Source: an uncultured Fibrobacteria bacterium (GTDB lineage Bacteria > Fibrobacterota > Fibrobacteria > UBA11236). From it: a stretch of DNA of 64,000 nt. The notes beneath the pieces were generated by a model. The model was not told where the DNA came from and did no database searches. It saw nothing but the letters and a program-made list of their open reading frames with translations. Position 1 is the first letter of the stretch. Every line of letters begins with the position of its first letter. This document shows positions 57,467-64,000 of this stretch, in pieces. The stretch is taken from positions 3,488,001-3,552,000 of the forward strand of contig OY970309.1 of assembly GCA_963716395.1 (NCBI GenBank), given 5' to 3'. The position numbers were made by a program, and so were the translations under genes.

Positions 57467-58399
57467 TCAGTTGGGCACGGCGGCGCCCGATTCCACCCGG
57501 CGCAATTTCTTGCGCTGGGCCATTTCCGTCGGGGTGACCTTTTTGATACCGTCTCCGAGAGCGCGTTCGACGTCGCGGATGTTGGAAACCAGGCGAATGA
57601 GGCCGCCGATCTCCACCGACGCCGCCTGATCACTGCCCCACATGGCGCGGTCCAGCGTAATGTGGCGCTCGACAAAGGTGGCACCCAGACTGACCGCCGC
57701 CCAGGTGGGCGCCAATCCGACTTCATGTCCCGAATAGCCGATGGGACATTGCGGGTACATGCCTTGCAGCGTGTGGATCATGCGCAGGTTCAGATCTGCG
57801 GGCGGGCACGGATAAGACGAAGTCGAGTGCGCCACCAGCAGGTTCTCCGTGCCCACGGCATCGACCGCGGCCTGGATTTCTTCCAGGGTCGACATGCCGG
57901 TGGAAATGATCAGCGGCACTCCGGTACTTTTCATCTTCTTCAAGAGCGGAAGGTCGGTCAGCGACGCCGAAGCGGCCTTATAGCAAGGCGGAGAAAACTG
58001 CTCCATGAAATCCACCGCATTTTCGTCCCAACAGGACACAAACCAGAGGATTTTGCGCTCCCGGCAATGACGATCGATTTCGGCGTAATCGGAGGTTGAA
58101 AGCTCCACGCGGTGGCGGTAATCGATGTATTTCATGCGCCCCCAGGGCGTATCGCGTTCGACATCCCATTGATCGCGCGGCACGCACAGTTCGGGCGTGC
58201 GCTTCTGGAATTTAACCGCGTCGGCTCCGGCCAGCACGGCGCCGTCGATCAGCCGTTTGGCGATATCGAGCGATCCGTTGTGATTGATCCCGATTTCGGC
58301 GATCACGAAAACCAGGTGCCCGTCGCCCACCCAACGGTCCCTGATTTTGATTTCGTTCCGAATCGCTTTGCCGTTCGCTTTCACGGGTTCCCCTTTCAT
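57467..58399 (-). CDS. N-acetylneuraminate synthase family (NeuB), short form without C-terminal SAF domain
   Basis: IAEIGINHNG, AVKFQKR, KAASA, ISTGMST, GYSGHE, ERHITLDRAMWGSDQ. Confidence 0.9.
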   Translation of the reverse strand: MKGEPVKANGKAIRNEIKIRDRWVGDGHLVFVIAEIGINHNGSLDIAKRLIDGAVLAGADAVKFQKRTPELCVPRDQWDVERDTPWGRMKYIDYRHRVELSTSDYAEIDRHCRERKILWFVSCWDENAVDFMEQFSPPCYKAASASLTDLPLLKKMKSTGVPLIISTGMSTLEEIQAAVDAVGTENLLVAHSTSSYPCPPADLNLRMIHTLQGMYPQCPIGYSGHEVGLAPTWAAVSLGATFVERHITLDRAMWGSDQAASVEIGGLIRLVSNIRDVERALGDGIKKVTPTEMAQRKKLRRVESGAAVPN

Positions 58400-58948
58400 T
58401 TATTCCTGCGACGAGACTTTGACATGTATGAGACCTATCAGCCATTCCGCGAATTCCCGAAAAGCGCCGTGGCCGCCCAACCGGGCGCTGCGGAAATGTA
58501 CTCGTTCCAATATCTGCGGCTGGGCATCCGCCGGTGCGCCTGCCAATCCGTCCGGTAAAACCGCCTCCATAACGGCCAAATCGTTCACGTCGTCGCCGAA
58601 ATACGCCGTTTGCTGCGCGGAAACCTGAAATTCCCGCAGGATTTCCGGCAGCGCCGCATGCTTGTCCCGCAGGCCGGCAAATAATTTGACGCCGAGCTTT
58701 TCCGCCCGTCGCTGTACCAACAGCGACGATTCCCGGGTGATGAAGGCGGTTTCGACGCCACAAGTGCGCAAGCGTTCCACCGCCATGCCGTCGCGCAGGT
58801 CGAAACGTTTCAACTCTTCGCCGTGTTCGGAATAGTAGACGCCGCCATCGGTCAGGGTACCGTCGACATCGGTCAGCATGAGACGGATACGGGAGGCCCG
58901 GAGTTGCAATTCGCCCGACTCCAAACGAGGGGCCGAAGCCGCATTCAC
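58400..58948 (-). CDS. KdsC/YrbI-family HAD phosphatase
   Basis: TDVDGTLTDG, FGDDVND, GGHGAFRE. Confidence 0.9.
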   Translation of the reverse strand: MNAASAPRLESGELQLRASRIRLMLTDVDGTLTDGGVYYSEHGEELKRFDLRDGMAVERLRTCGVETAFITRESSLLVQRRAEKLGVKLFAGLRDKHAALPEILREFQVSAQQTAYFGDDVNDLAVMEAVLPDGLAGAPADAQPQILERVHFRSARLGGHGAFREFAEWLIGLIHVKVSSQE

Positions 58949-59754
58949 CATGCGGTCCAACCGCCGTCGACCACCAGATTGGAGCCGGTCATATAGCTCG
59001 ACGCGTCGCTGCCCAGGAATACCGCGGCCTGGGCGATTTCCTCCGGATTGGCCATGCGCCCCAGCGGGGTTTTGGCGGCATAGCTGCGGACGAAATGTTC
59101 TTCCTGGTTTTGAAACACCCCGCCGGGACACAGACAATTTACCCGCACGCCACGATGCCCCCAGTACGCCGCCAGGAATTTCGTGAACGACACCACCGCG
59201 CCCTTGGAGGCTGGGTACGACGGCGACTTGTAAAAACCCTGGGATCCGTCGGGGCGACGGTAAACGGATTGATCGGGACCGACCAGCCCGTAGGTCGACC
59301 CCACGTTGATGATGCTGCCGGAACCGCGCTCGGCCATGTCGGCCCCCAACACCCTGCATGCCAGAAACGTGCCGGTTACGTTCACCTTCAAGGCCTTTTC
59401 AAACATCTCCAAAGGAAAATTCTCGAACTTGGATTTTTCCGCCGCCTCGGCGCCGTTTTGGAACACGTCGTTCCAGGCGGCATTGTTGAGCAAAACGTCG
59501 ACGCGTCCGAAGCGCTCCCGAATGGCGGCGAGCAGTTTCTGCAGTGAAGATTCGGAAGTGATGTCGGCGCCATGCCCCAAAGTGCGGCAGCCGGTAGACT
59601 GGGATAATTCCTCGGCCGCACGTTCGCAGGCCGCCCCGTCGAGATCGGTGATCACGACAGCGGCACCCGCTTTCGCAAAAGCTCGGCAATGCGCCTTTCC
59701 CAACAGTCCCAGGGCGCCCGTGACCACGGCGACTTTTTCCTGCAACTCACCCAT
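58945..59754 (-). CDS. SDR family oxidoreductase
   Basis: TGALGLLG, NNAA, GSTYG, YPASK, PGGV. Confidence 0.9.
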   Translation of the reverse strand: MGELQEKVAVVTGALGLLGKAHCRAFAKAGAAVVITDLDGAACERAAEELSQSTGCRTLGHGADITSESSLQKLLAAIRERFGRVDVLLNNAAWNDVFQNGAEAAEKSKFENFPLEMFEKALKVNVTGTFLACRVLGADMAERGSGSIINVGSTYGLVGPDQSVYRRPDGSQGFYKSPSYPASKGAVVSFTKFLAAYWGHRGVRVNCLCPGGVFQNQEEHFVRSYAAKTPLGRMANPEEIAQAAVFLGSDASSYMTGSNLVVDGGWTAW

Positions 59755-61105
59755 GCGCCGCTTCCTTGGGCTTGACGTTAAAGTTGCTCGTGCGGCGGAA
59801 TACCGGTTCCAGGGGTTCGCCCCGCAAGGTTTTCGCCAAGGCGTTTTTGCTCAGCGCTTCCTGCAACACGCCGAGCGCGGCCCGGTAGGCTTCCAACACG
59901 TGGGCGATATCCGCCTCGGTATGGGCCAAACACAGGGTGTTGAATCCACCCCATAGCGCGCCGCGTTTGATCATCTCTTGCTGCAAAACCGATTTCAGCA
60001 GCAGGGGGTTTTGGCCGGCGGCTTGTTCTTTCGCCTCGAAGACCACCATGGAGCGGGCCCCGAAGCCGACCGCGCGCGTGAATCCATTCAGGCCGAGTTC
60101 GGCCGTCAAGCTGTTATACCCGTCGCGCAACTTGCCGCCCAACATTTCCAGGCGCTCCGGCACCTGATGCCGGCGCAATTCCCCGATGGTGGCTTTGGCG
60201 GCTGCCAGCGACAACGCTTCGCCGCCGAAAGTGGTGAAGAAGAAAACGTCTTTTTCCAACAGGCTCATGACATCGCGACGTCCCGTCAACACCGATAGCG
60301 GCATGCCGTTGGCGACGGCTTTGGAAAAGCAGGCGAGATCGGCAGTGACACCGAAGCGTTCTTGCGCGCCGCCCAGCGCCAGCCGAAAGCCGGTCCACAT
60401 CTCGTCGAAGATGAGCAGAACGCCGCGGGATTGGCACAATTCCTTCAGCCCCTGCAAAAAGCCGGGCTTAGGCGCTTCGAAAACCGTCGGTTCCAGAATC
60501 ACGCAGGCCGTGTCTTCGTCGAGTCCGTCCTCCACGCTGCCCAAATCATTGTAAGCGAAGGTGTGGCTCAACTCCTGCACGGCGGCGGGAATGCCGCGGT
60601 TGCGGTCGGTGACCGAGATGTACCAGTCATGCCAGCCGTGGTAGCCGCAACACAGCACTTTCTCGCGGCCGGTGAAGGCGCGGGCCACCCGCACGGCGGC
60701 CGTGGTGACGTCGCAGCCGGTTTTGCTGAAGCGGACGGATTCGGCGCCCGGCACGGTTGCGGCGATCAATTCGGCGACCTCGACTTCGAGCGGATGCATC
60801 TGGGTGAAGGTGATGCCATCGTCCAGTTGCGCGCGAATGGCGTTGTCGACGGCTTCGTTCGCATAGCCCAATACGAGCGGGCCGACCCCCATGTTTAAAT
60901 CGATGTATTCGTTGCCGTCGACGTCGAACACATGGGCGCCGCGGCCGCGTTGCAGATACTTGGGCGCCACGCCGCGCACCCATTGCCCCGGACCTTTGGC
61001 CAGGGTCTGGGTCACGGCGGGAATGAGGCCCAGCGCGCGCCGGTACCAGGCGTCGGATTGTTCGATGCAGGGAAAATCGGGGTTCATGGCAATGCGGTTC
61101 GGCAT
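59747..61105 (-). CDS. Class III PLP aminotransferase (GSA-aminomutase-like, KdnA-like)
   Basis: DVDGNEYID, GYHGW, LIFDEMWTGFR, FSKAVANG, TTFGGE. Confidence 0.88.
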   Translation of the reverse strand: MPNRIAMNPDFPCIEQSDAWYRRALGLIPAVTQTLAKGPGQWVRGVAPKYLQRGRGAHVFDVDGNEYIDLNMGVGPLVLGYANEAVDNAIRAQLDDGITFTQMHPLEVEVAELIAATVPGAESVRFSKTGCDVTTAAVRVARAFTGREKVLCCGYHGWHDWYISVTDRNRGIPAAVQELSHTFAYNDLGSVEDGLDEDTACVILEPTVFEAPKPGFLQGLKELCQSRGVLLIFDEMWTGFRLALGGAQERFGVTADLACFSKAVANGMPLSVLTGRRDVMSLLEKDVFFFTTFGGEALSLAAAKATIGELRRHQVPERLEMLGGKLRDGYNSLTAELGLNGFTRAVGFGARSMVVFEAKEQAAGQNPLLLKSVLQQEMIKRGALWGGFNTLCLAHTEADIAHVLEAYRAALGVLQEALSKNALAKTLRGEPLEPVFRRTSNFNVKPKEAAHG

Positions 61106-61115
61106 CGTATTTCCT

Positions 61116-62075
61116 TCAGGTTGTTATGACGGTTTTCACATCCTGGTGTTCGGCCAGACGGCGCCGCACCCGGTCGGCGATTTGGGCGCCGGTAAAGCCT
61201 TCGTGCGACAAAACATCGGGCAAGAGCAGGGGTTTGAACCAATGCCCGTCCAGGGCGATGGGCAATACGGCGCAAGTCATGCCGGCGTCGAGCAAGGTTT
61301 CGGCCACGAGGGATCGCAGGCCGCCGGTTTGGAAATGGTCTTCGATAGTGACGAGCAGTTTGGTCGCGCGTGCGGCTTGCAAAACCGCCTCGGCGTCGAG
61401 GGGAACCAACGAGCGCAGGTTCACCAGACGAACGCCCAGCCCATCGGCCGCCAACAAAGCTTGAGCCCGCGCCGCCTCTTCGAGCAGAAAGCCCGCCACC
61501 AGCAAGGCGACATCGGAGCCGGTCGTCAACACCTCGGCCCGGCCCAAGGTGAATTCCGCAGCATGGGTCACCACGGCTTTGCGCGCATTGTAGCGCACAT
61601 AGGTCGGGTTCGGGCTATTCAGAATTACCGGCAAGGCCCGCAGCAGTTCTTCTTCATCGGCGGGAAAAACGATTTCCATCCCCGGAATGGTCCGCAAAAT
61701 GGCGAGGTCTTCCAGGGCCTGATGCGTAGGACCATTGCCATCGGAAAGAAATCCGGCCACACCGCCGATCAGCTTCACCGGCAGATGCGCGATGCCGACG
61801 TCGGTGCGGATGAATTCGTAAGCGCGCAAGGTCAAAAACGTGGCTAGCGCATGCACCACCGGCACGCGCCCCCGCAAGGCCAGCCCGGCCGCCATACCCA
61901 CCATGGTTTGTTCGCAGATGCCGACGTCGATGAAGCGCTCGCCCAGTTTTTCGGGCAGGTTGCGAATGGCCGCGCGGTTCTCAGCCGTCATGACCACGAT
62001 GCGTGGATCAGCCAGACACAAACGCAAGAGAAGACTTTCGTAAGTTTCTGCTGATATTTGACTTGCAGCAATCAT
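61116..62075 (-). CDS. Transketolase, C-terminal (pyrimidine-binding) subunit
   Basis: DVGICEQTMVGMAAGLA, DGNGPTHQ, TIEDH..GGL. Confidence 0.9.
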   Translation of the reverse strand: MIAASQISAETYESLLLRLCLADPRIVVMTAENRAAIRNLPEKLGERFIDVGICEQTMVGMAAGLALRGRVPVVHALATFLTLRAYEFIRTDVGIAHLPVKLIGGVAGFLSDGNGPTHQALEDLAILRTIPGMEIVFPADEEELLRALPVILNSPNPTYVRYNARKAVVTHAAEFTLGRAEVLTTGSDVALLVAGFLLEEAARAQALLAADGLGVRLVNLRSLVPLDAEAVLQAARATKLLVTIEDHFQTGGLRSLVAETLLDAGMTCAVLPIALDGHWFKPLLLPDVLSHEGFTGAQIADRVRRRLAEHQDVKTVITT

Positions 62076-62929
62076 CGCACAACCAAGGTCTCGGAGGTCA
62101 AGGTCGCCTTGGCCTGCCCATGCAATTCGGCCAGCAGCGAAGCGACTTCATCATGGGTGAAATTTACGAACCAGCGGTCGGCGCGTCGCTCGATGCTGGG
62201 CAAGCCCTTACCGCGCACCGTGCGCGCAATGACCGCCTGAGGTCGCCCGTCGGTTGCCTGCGAGAGTCCGCGTTCCAAGTCGTTGAAGGAATGCCCGTCG
62301 ACCGTGGTGGTGTGGAATCCGAAGGCGGCCAACTTGTCGCTCAAAGGCTCCAAGGGGATTAAATCTTCGGTGCGGATGTTGGCCTGGAATTCATTGCGGT
62401 CGACGATCATCACCAGGTTGTCGAGCCGCTTGGCCGAAGCGACCAGCATGGCTTCCCACATCGAGCCTTCGTTCAGTTCGCCGTCGCCGACCACCACGAA
62501 CACGCGGTTTTTTCCCCCGCGCAATTTGATGTCCAGGGCGATGCCCATGGATACCGAGAGCAGATGCCCCAGCGACCCGGAATGGAATTCGATTCCCGGA
62601 ATGGAGCGATTGGGATGCCAATAAATCGAATCGTTCGGGCGCAGATGGTTGCGCAGGCGCTCCACCGGAAAAAATCCCGATTCGGCCAGCACGCCGTAGA
62701 GGGCGGGAACATCGTGGCCCTTGGACAAGAGCAGGTAATCGCGGTTCGGATCGCCGGCCGTTTCGGGTGACACGCGCAACACGCGGCCGTACAGATAGAC
62801 GAGCAAATCGGTGCATGACAGGGAGGCGCCGATGAAACAGCCGCCGTCGGTGGACATGCGCAGGATGTGTTCGCGCACCCGCAGCGCCCGGGCTTCGAGA
62901 TCACGGAAACGTTGGGCGTCGGCGGTCAT
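62072..62929 (-). CDS. Transketolase, N-terminal (ThDP-binding) subunit
   Basis: LSKGH, SGSLGH, GDGELNEGSMWEA...DRN ThDP motif, RGKG. Confidence 0.9.
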   Translation of the reverse strand: MTADAQRFRDLEARALRVREHILRMSTDGGCFIGASLSCTDLLVYLYGRVLRVSPETAGDPNRDYLLLSKGHDVPALYGVLAESGFFPVERLRNHLRPNDSIYWHPNRSIPGIEFHSGSLGHLLSVSMGIALDIKLRGGKNRVFVVVGDGELNEGSMWEAMLVASAKRLDNLVMIVDRNEFQANIRTEDLIPLEPLSDKLAAFGFHTTTVDGHSFNDLERGLSQATDGRPQAVIARTVRGKGLPSIERRADRWFVNFTHDEVASLLAELHGQAKATLTSETLVVR

Positions 62930-63741
62930 GTTCCCTCGTACAGCACGGTTTCGTGGCGGCCCACGGTGCGCAGCTCGCCGAGATGGCGGCGATACCAATT
63001 CACCCCGGCCAGGCGCGTGTTGATCTGAAAAATATCCGGGCGTTGTTCCAAGAGCTGCAGAATATGTTCGAGCGCAAAAGGCGCCGCTCCTTCGGTATAC
63101 AACGCGTCGTAGACGGCTTGGATAAAGTCATAGTCGGCTTGGTAATCGAGGGTGAAGCGGTGGCTCATCGACAAATCCCGGCCGCTTTCCCACACCACGT
63201 TTTCTACCCGGAATCGCCCGGGTTGATCCCAGATGTAAGGCGTCGTGTGTTCGCGCTCGAAATCGCGGGCGGCCTCGCGCCAGGCGGTTTCCAGCACGGG
63301 CATGGTCATGATCTCCACATCGTTCCCGTCGGGATAAGATGCCGGATGCAGGTTGCTGACAAAATCGATGCCCGCACCCGCGGCCACATCGCGGAAACGC
63401 GCCGCCACGCGGTCGATGATGCGCGGATCGATGAGCGGACAATCCGAGGGGATCTTGGCCACGGCTTCGGCGCCGCGTTCGCCGGCAGCGCGAAAATGCC
63501 GGTCCAGCAAATCGGCGGGATGGCCGGAATACACGGGAACGCCGAGCCGCCGGCACAATTCGCGGATGGGATCGTCCGTCGGGCTGATGGTGGTGGCTAC
63601 AATCACGTCGTCCAAAGTGGACGCGGCGCGCACGCGTTCGAGCATGCGTTCGAGCAGCGGTTTGCCCTGCAACGGCAGCATCACTTTATGGGGCAGACGC
63701 GTCGAGTCCATGCGCGCCTGGACCACCGCCACCAACTTCAC
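62926..63741 (-). CDS. SpsF-type cytidylyltransferase (CMP-Kdo/CMP-NeuAc synthetase fold)
   Basis: VQARMDSTRLPHKV, SDCPLID, REHTTPY, RFTLDY..DY; GTG start. Confidence 0.88.
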   Translation of the reverse strand: MKLVAVVQARMDSTRLPHKVMLPLQGKPLLERMLERVRAASTLDDVIVATTISPTDDPIRELCRRLGVPVYSGHPADLLDRHFRAAGERGAEAVAKIPSDCPLIDPRIIDRVAARFRDVAAGAGIDFVSNLHPASYPDGNDVEIMTMPVLETAWREAARDFEREHTTPYIWDQPGRFRVENVVWESGRDLSMSHRFTLDYQADYDFIQAVYDALYTEGAAPFALEHILQLLEQRPDIFQINTRLAGVNWYRRHLGELRTVGRHETVLYEGT

Positions 63742-64000
63742 ACGGCCGCCATTTCCCGAACCGGAGCGCGCTGGGCCCCTTTGCGGCGGGCCATTAGTTC
63801 CTCCAACGGTTCGTTCAGCACCTGGCGGCAAACGGCGGCGATGCTGCGGGCGGCGCGGCCGCCTTGCACGGGCAAGAGACGGCGCAACTCTTCGACATTG
63901 GCTTTGGCATGCACTTCTTTGCCCAGGGCCAGCCCGACATAGGCCAAGGTGGAGTATTGCACGATGAGGACGCGGCAATTGGCGACCATTTCCTCGGCGT
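63738..64000 (-). CDS. C-terminal fragment of a probable GT-B-fold protein (starts beyond window end)
   Basis: AEEMVANCRVLIVQYSTLAYVGLALGKEV resembles the D-x-L-I-x-x-x-S-T...GK-x-V C-terminal motif of GT-B/KpsS-type transferases. Confidence 0.5.
   Translation of the reverse strand, partial: AEEMVANCRVLIVQYSTLAYVGLALGKEVHAKANVEELRRLLPVQGGRAARSIAAVCRQVLNEPLEELMARRKGAQRAPVREMAAV

Overview
High-GC bacterial chromosomal segment, mostly housekeeping genes: hisS (partial), surE, gyrA, gmhA, zwf, ung, folB, tRNA-Pro/proS, pyc, prc, rlmI, metF, trpS, rnd, tatA/tatC, carA and a TrmH methylase. A PorV-like barrel, TPR/PEGA envelope proteins and a STAS fusion suggest an FCB-group organism, possibly Fibrobacterota (inference only). 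No CRISPR array, rRNA, transposase or prophage was seen. Most notable: (1) a tightly coupled minus-strand operon running off the right edge (GT-B-like fragment, SpsF-type cytidylyltransferase, split transketolase, class III aminotransferase, SDR, KdsC-type phosphatase, short NeuB, di-iron sterol-desaturase-family protein) that looks like a pathway to an unusual amino/higher-carbon ulosonic acid; (2) a TatB-like membrane anchor fused in-frame to 5-formyl-THF cyclo-ligase in a tatA-tatC operon; (3) a Ser/Thr pseudokinase with repeated T-L-F-G motifs coupled to a TM-TPR protein; (4) a 6S-like rod-shaped ncRNA candidate; (5) a phd-vapC TA module bracketed by two direct copies of a composite, nested REP-like repeat; (6) a cytoplasmic GH84 O-GlcNAcase-like gene inside a pterin operon; (7) a frameshifted GT4 gene; (8) a recurring leaderless-mRNA signature. 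All calls come from motifs read by eye; no database searches were run.
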